From Hydrolagus colliei (taxonomy: Eukaryota), in the NCBI GenBank assembly GCA_035084275.1, contig CM068775.1:1612001-1676000 (forward strand): DNA of 64,000 nt, written 5' to 3'. Every line of letters begins with the position of its first letter. Positions within the stretch are counted from its first letter, which is position 1. Shown here piece after piece: positions 32,820 to 46,054 of the stretch. Position numbers and translations under genes: made by a program. A model generated the notes under the pieces. That model was not told the DNA's origin. It did no database searches and saw nothing but the letters and a program-made list of their open reading frames with translations.

Positions 32820-33400
32820 CATTTATTATTATTTTATTATCTTGATGGATTATTACCAGACGTGTGGAGTAAGAAAACTTGCCCAAGGTTTTTGCACTAC
32901 CAGGAATCAAACCTTGGTCACTGGCTTGCGAGATGAGTGCAGATGAGTGTGTACCCCTGAGCTATAGGACTCCACACTGAGACATGAGGATCCACCACTG
33001 ATTCCTGAATTCTGCTTTGGGCACTGGATCTGGAACCTGTACAAGATCTACAAGGCCTCCTATCTTACAGCAAACCTGTCAGAGCACAACATCAATCCCA
33101 CACGTCAGGAAACTAATTACAGTGGAGTCCTGTAGCTCAATAGTTAGAGCCCTCGACTTTCAAACGAGTGACCTATGTTTCAATTCCAGGCAAGGTGATG
33201 GCTTGGGCAAGTTTCCTTAATCCACATAATGCATCCCAAAGAAACCGAAAAATAAATTGGTCATTTCAATCCAAGACTATTTTGGGATACTGCTGTTTGC
33301 AATTGGCTGCCGTGTTTCGCTGACAAATATGGAGTCAATCCAGTTTACAGTATATTCCTTGAGACACAGTCTGGAAGTCCACAAACCTGGGTTTCATTCA
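32820..33400. mobile_element. Divergent pair of tRNA-headed SINEs (one on -, one on +); paralogous pairs near 46920-47510 and 58140-58730
   Basis: Heads gtagctca..gg..agagc / ttcaattcc in opposite orientations, each with the aagtttccttac body. Confidence 0.6.
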
Positions 33401-36400
33401 AGTCAGTGCAAAACGTTAGACAAGATTCCTTCCTCCACACGCTTGATAATAATACCTCACAAAATCACTGTGTCTACGGCCTCCTGAGTCTGTTCACTCC
33501 ATAAAAAGTGTGATTGCAAAGAGTTGCATTCTGACATCAAGTGATAGCGTATCTGAACAGTGGCCAGTTAATATTTTCCAGTGTATCGCTGGTGTAATGT
33601 GGCACAGATGTACAGACTAAATACCCAGAAAATAACATGCAGCACATCCTACACTGAGCTTGTGATATGAATTTTTATCGCCTGAATGTGCCTGTCAACA
33701 CATTTTTTGTTTCGCCTTTAGTATTTTTAGCTTTTAAAATATCAATAAGAGATGCTGGCTTTACATATCAACCAAGAGAAATATGGAAGTATTTACATAT
33801 TGTTTGGGGTTTATTTTTCATACTTACAATTCAAGACTTTGAGTTGACAGGAAATTCAGAGGAGTCTACAGATGTTATGGAACAGATGTTTAAGTTGCAG
33901 ATCAGCTCATTTGCAAAACCCTACACAAGATGCTGCTGTTTGTATCTAAAGACTTTTTGCTGGAAAGACACAGGATGAGTCAAGCTGCCTTCAGGTGGGG
34001 CAGAAACTCACAGCACAATTGTCAGGAAGCAGCTGTGATTGTCTGCAGTCAATCAGTGATCAGCTTCCTGCCCTCACACCACAGAGCCCACAGCCTGACC
34101 TTTCATACATTATTGCCCTTCACTCCAACAGCAACAACAACAACAGCAGCTGTCAGGTCATCTCAAGTGGCTGTGATTGGTAAATCAGTAATGGTAGAAT
34201 AAAAAGTAATATTAATAGATAAAATGTGTTCAATCATAGAATTATACAGCACTGGAGGAGGCCATTCAGCCCATTGTGTCTGAATGCCTCTCTCCTTTAC
34301 AAATCTATCAATCTCAGTCTTGATACACAATGACCATTGGGAAGGCTCCTGTGGGAGGACTCTGTGCTTTAAAGATGTCATTTTGTTGTTGTTGTCACTG
34401 TTGAGATTTGTCTGTGCAGGACGCCACAGCGCCACAGTCAGCGGGTGTGGCCACCAGGTGTAACTGCAGTGTGTGCCCACAGTATGTGCTCTGTGATGCC
34501 CGGTGTCACAGACACACTTTTACTGGGCGGCCACCACAACAACAAAGTGACATTATAGAGAACATTTCATATCGGGAGGACGTCCCAAGGGGCTGAACAG
34601 TCAGGTCAGGACCTGAGCCAATGTAGTGGGAAGGGGCTGGATAGAGTTCGGAGGGACAGGAGAGAGTTAAGACAGGAGGGAGAGAGTTAGGAGGGGTGGG
34701 ATAGAGTTGGGAGGGCAGCAGAAGACACATTCAGTGGACAGGCTTGAGATCGGCCTTGAAGGAGGTGTGCGAGGGAGCGAGTTGAACGGACTCTGGGAAT
34801 GGGTTCCAGAGTGAGGGGGGAGAGAGGCTTTAAGGCCAACCACCAATGGTAGAGCATGACAGGTGAGGGATATGGAGCAGGCTGGAGCCCGCTGAAAGTA
34901 GGGGAGGGCAGATTCATAGTATGTCACAAAGATAGGAGGGGAAAGTCCATGAATGGCCTTGAAATTGAGGCTGAGGAACTTGAACTAGATCCTCTGGGGG
35001 ATGGGGAGCCAATGGAGCCGGGCGAGGTGATGTGGTCGTGGATCTTGGTGCGGGTGTAACTTCAGTAAAAAACACCAAACATGAAAATAATAACATAAGA
35101 AATAAGACCAGGTGTAGGCTACTCAGCCCCTCAAGACTGTTTTACTACATAATAAGATCATGGCTGATCTACTAACCCAATTCCCTTTACCATACCTATC
35201 CTGATATCCCTAAATCCCTCTATCCTTTACAAATCTATCAATCTCAATCTTCAATATATTCAAGGATTGAGCATCCACAGCCTCCTGTGGTAGAGAATTC
35301 CATGGTCACAGTCGAGCAGGACCTGAATCATGATCAGAACCAGCTCCTGGAGCTTCTCACAGGCAAGGAGGACCTATGGACAGGCTGACCCGAGGCTTTG
35401 GCCACTTTATCGATGTGGATTTCAACCTCAATTGCCACAAGAACCAACTTGAGGCCTGAGGCCGCAAAGATGACCAGGGATTCACCTCAGCTGGTCTGAA
35501 GCACCATCACCAAGATCACTGACTCACTGAGGCCTCAACCAACCGGAAACCGGCAGCCGTGTGATGTCATCACACCCACTTCATTAGAATTTCCCAGCCC
35601 TGGACTCACTGCGAAAACAGCCGTTATGATCCACACCAGCCCAGAGGGCAAACCCTGCCTCACTGACAACCATCGCCCACCTCTCCCCCACCCTCCAACA
35701 CTGTCTGATCCTAGTCATAGCACTGCTTCCCCAAAATGCTCTTGTGCCTGTCCCCCACACTCCACTATTCCCAATCAAACCTCCCCTCCCTCCAACTGCT
35801 CTGATTTCTATTATTGCTTGACCTTTCCACAGCCTTCCTCTGACCCAATCTTCAAATTCTCCATTGCGCTCACCATGGCAGATGCCACCGGCTGTCCGAC
35901 TGCAGCCACCCTGACTCACACATCCCACACTCTGTACCTCCAGCTGTGCTCCCAATTCTCTGCCTCCTCTTGCCTCTATCCCACCCCTCCCTTTTGCTTG
36001 GTTCCCGAATGCTGACTGTTCAGTGCCTTGTGACGTCCTTCCGACATGAACGGCGCTCTATCAATTTAATCTTGTTGTCACTGTTACTACATTTGTAAGG
36101 AAACAGTACGTCATTGATATCTCTTCATAATTTAAGGGTTAGTTAGTCTTGTGATGTGCTGGTGAAATACAGAATGACACAAGAGTACAAAAAAACATGA
36201 ACGTGAATTCAGATTAGTAATATTTATAACTAATTAAAAGTATGCATCACAACAATGCTTTCGTAATGACCCACAGCTCACAAGGATTTAAGTTGACCCA
36301 ACCAATGTTGCCAAAGAGAAGGAGGAATAATGTCAAATTTATGTTTAATTTAATGTCCACCAAAAGGTATTGAGGTATTCAGACACAGCAGCCCTTTCAA

Positions 36401-36429
36401 ACAGCAAAACAATATCCCAGTACAGCACA

Positions 36430-37060
36430 GTACAGCATATGGGATACTAGGCTTTATTAATATGGATATAGAATACAAAAGTCAGGAAGTTCTGATTAAC
36501 CTCTGTAAGACTTGGTTAGGCATCAGCTGGAGTACTGTGTACAATTCTGGTCACCACACTTTAGGAAGGATATTAGGCATTGGAAAGAGTGCAGAGGAGA
36601 TGTATTAGTAAGGTACCAGGAATGAGGGACTTTAGCTATGAGGAAAGGCTAGGCTTATTCTCTCTAGAACAAAGAAGATTGAGAGGAGATGTGATAGAGG
36701 TTTATAAGATTATGAGAGGTTTCGACAGGGTGAATGGGGAAAGACAGTTTCCATTGTGGGTGAATCAGTGACTGGTGGTCACAGATTTAAAATAGTTTCA
36801 AAACGAAGCAGAGGGGAACTGAGGAGAATTTTTTGCTGGTTGTTCGAATCTGGAATGCATTGCCTGAAAATGTGGTGGAGACAGATTCCACAACAGCTTT
36901 TAAAAGAGAATTAGATCTCGATTTAGGAAGAGCATGTCTGTTAGGTTATGGAATGACTGCTAGGCAGTGTGATTGAGTTGCTCTGTTCAAAGAGCTGGCA
37001 CAGATTAGATGGGCCGAATGGCCTCCTTTTGTGCCGTATATTTCTATGATTCTATGATTC
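36430..37060 (+). mobile_element. CR1 3' fragment (unit B only)
   Basis: LERVQRRC..GMRDFSYEERL..LRGDVIEVYKIM and a ttctatga tail. Confidence 0.85.
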
Positions 37061-37624
37061 TCTACAGTTACATAGATTGAGAGCACCAGTAAAGGTGTTG
37101 ACAGTTGTGTAAGACTTAGTCTTGACTGTTCCTTGTTCAGAAGCTGCAATATGGCGACTCCAAGTTCCACAATCTTCTTTTCTTTCTTCTTTGATCCTCA
37201 AATCGATCCCCCCTTTTATGTTCATCACGTGATATTTTCACCCAGTTTCTTTTGCAAGAGTGTTCCTCTGCAAAACCAAATGTTGCTCAGCTGTCTCTCC
37301 ACCTACAGACCACCTCTCCATGGGAAACACACCGATAATGAAATGGTTTGTCAACTTTAACCAGTTTGTTGTCTCTTCTGCGGAGCCGGTCACAACCAGC
37401 TCCCATCATTGTGAAGCCAATCACAACAACAACAACAACACTCCACCTGTACCGGATCCCAACAGAAGCGACCGACCAATCACATATCTCAAATATCTAT
37501 TGTTAATATAATTGATACATTAATTTAATACATTACCTACAGAGCTTACAGTAATGTTGGATAGTTTCCCTGTTTGTGAAGATAGTCACCAATGTAGGTG
37601 AAGTTGAACCGTGTTTGTCGCCAA

Positions 37625-38556
37625 TTACTTTCTTACCGTTTTTTCCTGCTGTTTTATCATTAATTTAGCAATGATATGAAAGGGATCAACTAATCCTTTC
37701 TTAAACTCATCTCTGAACATAGTCTGAGTTAAAGCATATATACAGGTGTTTGCACAGCAATTCAACATTTGCAGCATGTTTCCAGTTTCTTGGACAATAT
37801 ATTGGGTGTTATTGACCAATGTTTCGCTATAATTATAATTGGAAAGTTGCCATATGACAGAATGCACAACATAAGTTGTCCACTAAACTATAAAACTGCC
37901 TGATATGGCGAACAGTAAAATTATGGATTTTCTTCGGTTTTCCAACTCGGGATCAATTGTTTTCTCCGCATTTCTCTGACCCCGCAGCCTCCTGCGGACT
38001 TTACTGGCCATCAGAATGTGTCTGATAATCATAGTGTTGAAAAGGCAAATCAAAGCAAACACAAACAGTGGATTACAAACACGGATAAACCTGTCGTATA
38101 ATTTCCAGGTGAGCAAAGTATAAAGGTTTGGTTTGAAGATACAGTACCACGGGATATTGTTAATTATCAACTTTGGAACAAATAAAAAGTAACAGGGAAT
38201 GCTGACTGAGCAGCAAATTACACACAGAGTTACAATAACCACTGTGGCTGTTCTCTCCGTGCAATATGTTGGTTTCATCTTTTGGCATCAAATGGCGACA
38301 AATCGGTCAAAACTGAAAGCAACAGTGAACCACAAAGACATGAGCATTGCTGCAGCCACAAAGACAACTCTAACACTGCATAATGGAGTGTAGAATAAGA
38401 AATTTAATGGGAAATACAGATTGTTAATATTGTTTAACAAAACATCCACAAGGACAACCACGAGATCCGTGGCTGCCATGGACACCAGATAGCGAGTGAC
38501 GCATTTTGAAAGACCACAGTTTCCTCTTGACAGGATCACAATCGCCAGCAAATTAA
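37625..38556 (-). pseudogene. GPR139-like GPCR exon 2 with two in-frame nonsense codons
   Basis: TGA at 38288-38290 (Cys in paralogues, FVAICC) and TAG at 37883-37885 (Leu in paralogues). The three ORF pieces share one frame. Acceptor cacacag|TT at 38557/38556. Confidence 0.9.
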
Positions 38557-38799
38557 CTGTGTGAAGGAAAGAAAATAGAAAAAATTATTCACATGAATAC
38601 AGGTGTGAGATGAGGAGCTTAAGGGTGTGTCATATTTGGTTGTTTATTCTTTGAGTTGATTCAATTCCTAGCGAACATCGTCCATATCTCAAACTTTTAG
38701 CAAACCTTTCATACAGGTTCGAATTGTGGCCTTGTTGTAAGGTAGCCTGCATTAAACAATCAGCAAAATTATTTCTCCTGATTCTTTCCAAACTGTTAC

Positions 38800-40160
38800 T
38801 CTCGAACCTTACCCTCGATCACCAGCCACCTCCAGTTACTCAAAGATCAGGTGTCGAGCGCTGAACTTACCTGGCTCAAATCTGCTCTAATGGTCCACTG
38901 GCATATCTGGCACATCAAAAACTACCTCTCTGCTCTGGTCTCCAGCAAATTATACTTCTACTCCAGGATAATCCAGGACAACCACAAGTTCCTATTCTCC
39001 TCAACAAACCAGTTCCTCCACCCTTCCCCGTCCACCTCTCAGATCCTCTCCTCCAACTCCCACTGTGAGGAGATGCTGGATGACCTTGAGTCAAAAATCG
39101 AGGGAATCCACTTAGAACGTGTCTCCCCATCCTTTGTCATCACAACCGTATGTTCCATGATGTCCACCATCTGCTCTCTGGATCCCATCCCGACTCGACT
39201 CCTTACCACCCAGCTCCGCCTCCTTATGCTACTACTTGCCGACACAGTCAACCTGTACTTTTCATCCGGATAGTTCCCATTCTCTTCATAACAGCCACTA
39301 TCACACCATGAAATCTTCCCATGATGTGATGCACCTATATCCTCCTTATTGGATCATGTCAGCAACTCCACAACTCAGGCACTGGCAGCATCGGCTTCCA
39401 AGGCTGCACTCTCCATCTCTCAAAGTCACCCAAGCCTGGGTGTATAGTTCTACCCTTAATTGTCCTTCCTCCCCCACATCAACAACACTGCAACATTGCC
39501 AGATGGCAGCACTGCCTCACCCCTCAGGTTACCAAACACATTGTCCACACATTCATCACATCAAGGCACGACTATGGAAACTCCCTCCTCACTGTCGTTT
39601 CTGGCTCTTCCTTTCACAATCTGCGGAACATCCAGATCTCTGTGGTTCATGCCGTCTCCTACACAAAGCTCTGTGATAACATCACTCCCACCCTTGCCCG
39701 GCTCCATTGCTTCAACATCCCCAGAGGATAAAATTCAAGATTCTCCTCCACACTTCTAAGGCCATTCATGACCTGGCCCCCTCCTATCTCTCCAACTTTC
39801 TGTCCGCTTATGAACCTGCCAGATCGCCCTATTCAGTGGTCTGTGGTCATCTCCACGTCACCCACCTGACTTGTCCTACCATTGGCAGATGGGCTTTCAA
39901 TATCTCTGCCCACACACTCTGGAACTCCATCCCACATTCCCTGCACCTGGATTCCTCCCTTGCTTCCTTGAACACCGGTATTCACGGCTAGTCTTCTTCG
40001 ACCATGCCTCTGCTGCTCTCCCAAATCTCTCCCTCCCCTCCTAACACTCTAAAGCCCAAACCCCTACCCTGCCCCACTCCCTTACTTGGATCCTGACCTG
40101 ACTGTTCGGCACCTTGGGACATCCTCCCAATCTAAAACGTGCTCTATATGTGTAATTTTG
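38800..40160 (+). mobile_element. Decayed L2 in GPCR intron 1 (paralogous in all GPCR copies)
   Basis: SLDPIPTRLL and QRIKFKILL..LAPSYLS..LWNSIP remnants, with a (gtt)n tail at about 40165. Confidence 0.75.
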
Positions 40161-40774
40161 TCATTGTTGTTGTAAGGTTGAAATCCCAGAAAAATGTCTC
40201 AAAAATATGATACTACAATTATTCAGTGCCTTCTCTGAATAACCCAGTTCGTCTAAAAGCCACAAATTGTGTGTCCATTTTTGATAGTTATATTTGAATT
40301 CAGAAAAGTTATTATGAGTCGTATAGATTTGCAAGAGAACAGAGATGTTTTGGCTCTTTGAGTCTGCACCAGGTCTCAGATCAAGTTGTACTTTCAGATT
40401 CATAGCCCTGGTTATCCCCATTTCTGTAACCGTGTCATGTAGCTGAGTGATTAGAGCATTCACCAAGCGATGCATCTGTGTTCAATTCCAGGCAGGTCAG
40501 GGCTAACCTTCAGCAAGTTTCCTCACTCCACCATTGGTAATAATCCATCATCAACAGTTAATAAAATTTATCATTTCAATCCATGATAGTTTGTAGGACA
40601 CGGAAACACACAATTAGCTCTCGCCTTTCACCCACAAATACAAAGTAATTTCACTTTGCCGTATCTACTTTGAACTGATTTGAGATTTCTAGAAGACATG
40701 ATAAGCCACTATACAAAATGCCAATTGAACTAGTCTCTTCACAATTGCCAGACCATGAAAACAAATAGAATTAC

Positions 40775-40844
40775 CCGGAATTGCAAATGCTACCAGAATG
40801 GGGTAGTAAATAGCTGCTATAGCGTACACTGTTGGAAATTCCAT
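40775..40844 (-). pseudogene. GPCR exon 1 (MEFPTVYAIAAIYYPILVAFAIP), unit B
   Basis: 70-nt coding exon with donor CCGG|gtaatt. Joins exon 2 as ..IPVNLLAIVIL. An upstream in-frame ATG at 40910 is possible. Confidence 0.85.
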
Positions 40845-42249
40845 GCCCTGATTTACACTCTGGTGTAAAACTGGTTTTCCTGCTGAATTGGATGAACTCA
40901 CTGAGCTCACACTGAGAGAAATTTGTACTTATAGTGAATGTGATGGTACAACGTGAATATTGATTGTAATTAATGCAATTAATTCCAGACCAGTGAATAA
41001 ACAATAGTGTTTTCACTTGAGAATTGCACTCTGCTAGGTAAACAGAGGTGTGTGGCTCAAGGAAACTTGCAAAATGTTTCATCCTGCTGGAAATCAAATC
41101 CAGGTCACTGGCTTACTTGGTGAGTGCTCTAAACACTGAGCTACACGACTGCATAATGTGAAATTTCGGGCGCAAATTATTTTTCAATTGAAAATCTGAA
41201 ATAAAATCATATTTCCTAAAGTCTTTGCCAATACTGCACTATCTTGGCCTAATAGTAATGTAACACACAATAGGAATACACCGAGTCAGAGGATCCTCTG
41301 TCTAATCATGATAATGCAACCACTTTACGCAGCTAACTACTTTTGCATTTCTACTGTCAGCGATTGTCAGTGAATCGGCAGCTGTGCCTTCTTCGTAATC
41401 TTTGAATATAACAATCCTTGCATGTGATATAGCGCCTTTTCATATTTTCCAGACATTTCAAAGCACCTCACAGTACATAACGTAATTAACGACTGTATAT
41501 TGGTGAGCGAAACGTGGCAGCCAATTGCTCGCAGCTGTATCCCACAAACGATTGTGGATTGAAATGACCAATTTACTTATTGTTTTTTGTGAGGGATTAT
41601 TACCAGGCGTGTGGAATGAGGAAACGTGCCCAAGTATTCACCCTCACCCTCTGGGAAGCACAACCACATATCTCACTGTTAAGACAAGTACACCAACCAC
41701 TGAGCTACAGAACTCCACATCGAGCCACAGAAATTTACATTGAATGTTGATTTTCTATAAGTAAACAATGAAATATAAACTCTACGTTTTTTGAGACCTA
41801 AGCCTTCATAATTCATCATCTACCCAACTTCAACCATAATATATCCGGTATTTATGTATCAAAGTTTCTTAATGAAATATATCTATAATTATGACCTATA
41901 ATAACATCTTGTCAGCTGGGTGTCACAAACCCATTATCAAGCTCAAAGGAAGTTAGTGAGGTCCATACTACCCACACATGGGAATTGCTATGTTTGGAAT
42001 GAAATGAACAAGCTTTTCCAGGATGACACATCCTGTTTACCTGATTCCAGACAGTATTTGGACCAGGTCAACAAGACCCAAAACTGAGCAACCAGAGTGT
42101 GAGCTTTGGGGAACTGCTGGAGTTTAACCAACTGAAACCACAGAGCTGAGAATTGAAAGCAGCCTCCGGTGTGTTTGTAATCTGTTTGAATATTTCAGGA
42201 AAAGTATTGGTGATGGAAAGAACAACAACAATTAATAATATTAATAATC

Positions 42250-42555
42250 CTTGCATTTGATATTGAGTTTTCACATCTTATCAACGTGCCAAATTGCTTC
42301 ACAGAATATACTGTGAAGTGAATTGACTGTGTATTTTTGGGTGAATCGCAGCAGCCAATTGCATTCCGCAGCGTCCCACAACCAGCCATGGATTGAAATG
42401 ACCAATTTTTATTATTGTGGTTTTTTTTGGATGGATTATTATTGGGCACATGGAGTAAGGAAACTTGCCCAAGGATTCGCCCTGATCTGCCTGGATTCTA
42501 ACACAGATCTCACACTTGTAAGGCGAGTGCTCTAACCACTGAGCTACAGGGCTCC
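42250..42555 (-). mobile_element. tRNA-headed Deu-SINE-like element (paralogue at about 55770-56072)
   Basis: Head gccctgtagctcagtggttagagcactcgccttacaag...gttagaatccaggc, followed by the SINE body and L2-like end. Confidence 0.75.
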
Positions 42556-43309
42556 ACATATGTATTACATATGTATAGAGCCGTTCACGTCGGGAGGGCA
42601 ATCCATAAATAATATTTATATGTCACACTTCCACAGATGTTTCGCCCACTGTTGAAATGTGTCTGCCCCATCCCGTCAATGTCACCAATGGTGTTGCCCT
42701 CTATTGACAAGGCACCAGCCTCTGGAAATCTATCTCAGTGTCTCCACCATGATCATTTACTATGACTGACTGACNNNNNNNNNNNNNNNNNNNNNNNNNN
42801 NNNNNNNNNNNNNNNNNNNNNNNNNNNNNNNNNNNNNNNNNNNNNNNNNNNNNNNNNNNNNNNNNNNNNNNNNNNNNNNNNNNNNNNNNNNNNNNNNNNN
42901 NNNNNNNNNNNNNNNNNNNNNNNNNNNNNNNNNNNNNNNNNNNNNNNNNNNNNNNNNNNNNNNNNNNNNNNNNNNNNNNNNNNNNNNNNNNNNNNNNGAT
43001 AGATGGATGATTCACCTCATTTGATTACAAATAATGTCTCACGTTTCCCCCAGGATTATTGTATGAATACACCGTTTGACTCATGATCAGCAAACAAAAT
43101 TACACTCAGGACCTCCTCAACTCAAACAACCGACCACCTCAGCTTTCAGGGCACTGAGAGAGTAGAGTTCCACAACAAGTGAGGTTAGAAAAGTATTGAT
43201 TATGCCAGAAATCATAATTGTGGATTCCTGTAGCTCACCTCGTTAACGAGAGACCTGGGTTCTTTTCCAGGCAGTGTTATGGGCCAAGTTTCCTTACTCA
43301 CCACACCTC

Positions 43310-43482
43310 TGTGTACGAAATGTAGAGCAGCCATTCCAGCCCCTTTCCAGGAACCTGCCAGACCCAGTTCATGCCATATTTGCTGAGATCAAACCCGCTG
43401 GTTCTACAGGTGAGTCTCAGGGCCTGGCCAGGCTTCCCGGTTAGAGACGACGGCTGTGTCAGCACCACATCGGCCTGGACAC
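43310..43482 (-). pseudogene. IGHV: Second IgM-like VH, truncated after FR2/CDR2 start, no RSS
   Basis: DVVLTQP...[15 protein letters not shown]. Homology to VH1 ends at 43310, where a + strand SINE head (about 43228-43309) abuts. Confidence 0.9.
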
Positions 43483-43599
43483 CTGTAAAGAACAAATGAC
43501 CGAAGATTAATTATTGTGAGATATCCCGGCTCTGTGACATTGCAGAGAGAATCACACACACACACACACAGTCAGACTTGTCGCAATAATAGAGCTCAC

Positions 43600-43645
43600 G
43601 GGAGAAGAGAGCCAGCAACAGACTGAGAGATATCAGGGACCTCAT
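43600..43645 (-). pseudogene. IGHV: Intact VH leader exon (MRSLISLSLLLALFS), unit C
   Basis: ATG at 43645, donor C|gtgagc, phase-1 join to GT GTC CAG GCC. Confidence 0.88.
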
Positions 43646-44151
43646 GTTTCTGGGCAATTGTCAGAACTGACCCTTGAGCCCAATAACCGAGGGACAAAGA
43701 TCTGCCGGATGGACAGATGGCCTCAGTCCCCAGTGACCGCTATTTAACAAGGGGCAGTGGGGCCAGGTGTTTGGAGAATGGACCAACAGCTACAGGACTG
43801 AGGGGAGTCATGCCTCACATTCCCTCTGACCTGCACAGATCAATAATTGTGCCCTTTACATTCGGCATTGACAGCAACTTCATATTAATATAAGTGTCAA
43901 TAGTATTAGCCCCAGCACTGACACTGAAGCCTCATGAATTGTTTCCTTTAATGTGTGTGTGTGTGTGTGTGTGTGTGAGTGTGCGTGTGGCGTAATTGGT
44001 AAGTTCAACACAAACCTACGTGAACCCTATTTCAGTGAGTGACTGTTAAAGTTAGGGAGACAGTGGCAGCAGAAAAAAATAGAAGCTCTGGGTTACTTTT
44101 GAAAATAATATTTTGTGATACAGTATATTGTTGAGGACATGACAAGTATGT

Positions 44152-46054
44152 TAGAGGGAAGTTAGAGGGGCAAAGAGACTGCATGAAAAACAATTAGCGA
44201 GTAAGATTAAGGGGAACCCTAAGGTTTTTTACCAACATATTAAGAGTAAAAGGTTAGTCAAGGAGAGGGTGGGGCCAATTAGGGACCAAGGAGGAAATCT
44301 CATTGTGGAGGCAGAGGGCATGGCTCATGTACTGAATGAGTACTTCGCCTCTGTCTTCACAAAAGAAAAGGATACAGCCAATGCCATGGTATTAGAGGAG
44401 AGGGTAGGAGAAATGGATAGAATAATTATAACCAGAGAGGAAGTGCTAAAAAGGTTGACGTCGCTCAAGGTGGATAAGTCACCTGGTCCGGATGGGATGC
44501 ACCCTAGGTTACTAAGTGAGGCACGGGAGCAAATAGCAGGGACTCTGGCCACGATTTTTCAATCTTCCTTGGACACAGGGGTCGTGCCAGAGGACTGGAG
44601 GATAGCTAATGTTACTCCCTTGAATAAAAAGGGGCAGAAGGACAAGCCTGGTAACTACAGACCAGTCAGTCTAACGTCGGTAGTGGGCAAACTTCTAGAG
44701 TCCATAATCAGGGACAAGGTAGATCTTCACTTAGAAAGATATAGGCTAATAAAGGACAGTCAACATGGATTTGTTAAAGGCAAATCTTGCCTTACAAATC
44801 TGATAGAATTTTTTGATGAGGTAACGGAATGGGTGGATAATGGTAGCGCAGTTGATGTAGTTTACATGGACTTTCAAAAGGCATTTGACAAAGTGCCACA
44901 TGAGACACTTATTATGAAATTAAAGGCCCATGGCGTAAAAGGGACAGTGGCAGCGTGGATCCACAACTGGCTGCGAGACAGAAAGCAGAGAGTTGTAGTG
45001 AGCGGCTGTTTTTCAGATTGGAGGGAAGTGAGCAGTGGTGTGCCACAGGGATCGGTTTTGGGACCATTGCTGTTTGTAATCTACATCAATGATCTGGACT
45101 TGGGTGTACGGAGTACAGTTTCCAAGTTTGCAGATGACACTAAGTTAGGGAGAATAGTAAACAGTGAGGAGGATAGTAGCCATCTGCAAGAGGATATAGA
45201 CAAATTGGTAAAGTGGGCAGACACATGGCAGATGAAGTTTAGTTCAGAGAAGTGTGAGGTGATGCATTTTGGGAGAAGAAATGAAGGGAGGCAATATAGG
45301 CTAGATAGTACAATTTTAAATGGTGTGAAGGAACAGAGAGACCTGGGGATTTGTGTTAGTGACTCGTTGAAGGTGGAAGGACAGGTAGACAAGGCTGTTA
45401 AGAAGGCATATGGGATACTAGGCTTTATAAATAGGGGTATAGAGTACAAAAGTCAGGAAGTGCTGACTAACCTCTATAGGACTTTGGTGAGGCCTCAGCT
45501 GGAATACGGTGTTCAATTCTGGTCACCACACTACAGAAAGGATGTGAAGGCATTGGAAAGGGTACAAAGAAGATTTACTAGGATGGTGCCAGGATTGAGG
45601 GACTTCAGCTATGAGGAGAGGCTAGATAGGCTAGGGTTATTCTCTCTGGAGCAGAGAAGATTGAGGGGAGACCTAATAGAGGTTTATGAGGGGTTTCGAC
45701 AGGGCAAATAGAGAAAAACTATTTCCACTCGTGGGTGAATCTGTGACTCGTGGTCACAGATTTAAAATAGTTTCAAGGCGCAGTAGAGGGGAGCTGAGGA
45801 GAATTTTTTTCACTCAGCGAGTTGTTCGAATCTGGAATGCATTGCCTGAAAAGGTGGTGGAGGCTGATTCGATAACAACTTTTAAAAGGGAATTAGATCT
45901 TTATTTAGGGAGAACGGGTCTATTAGGCTATGGGGAGCGGGCAGGGCAGTGGGATTGAATCGCTCTTTTCAAAGAGCCGGCACAGACTAGATGGGCCGAA
46001 TGGCCTCCTTTTGTGCCGTAAAATTCTATGATTCTATGATTCTATGATTCTATG
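44152..46054 (+). mobile_element. Young 5'-truncated CR1 (1.9 kb) with a 480-aa open RT region
   Basis: ORF 44269..45711 with DFQKAFDKVPH, GVPQGSVLGP and FADDTKL. An 8-nt deletion near 45688 shifts the frame. (attctatg)n tail and short TSD tatgt. Confidence 0.95.

Noticed and set aside
34408-34596. 62-aa ORF identical in all three units (MSVQDATAPQ...)
   Set aside because: Its end runs into an L2 tail, and the identity is at the DNA level with no synonymous-change pattern. Treated as part of a non-coding conserved block.
42478-42555. tRNA-Val(TAC)-like sequence (also at about 6905-6975, 55998-56072 and others)
   Set aside because: A and B boxes are present, but the acceptor and T stems do not pair, and each head runs into a shared SINE body. 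These are SINE heads, not tRNA genes.
42630-42660. GAAAC-containing motif (cagatgtttcgcc) as a second hammerhead
   Set aside because: No CTGANGA core upstream on that strand.
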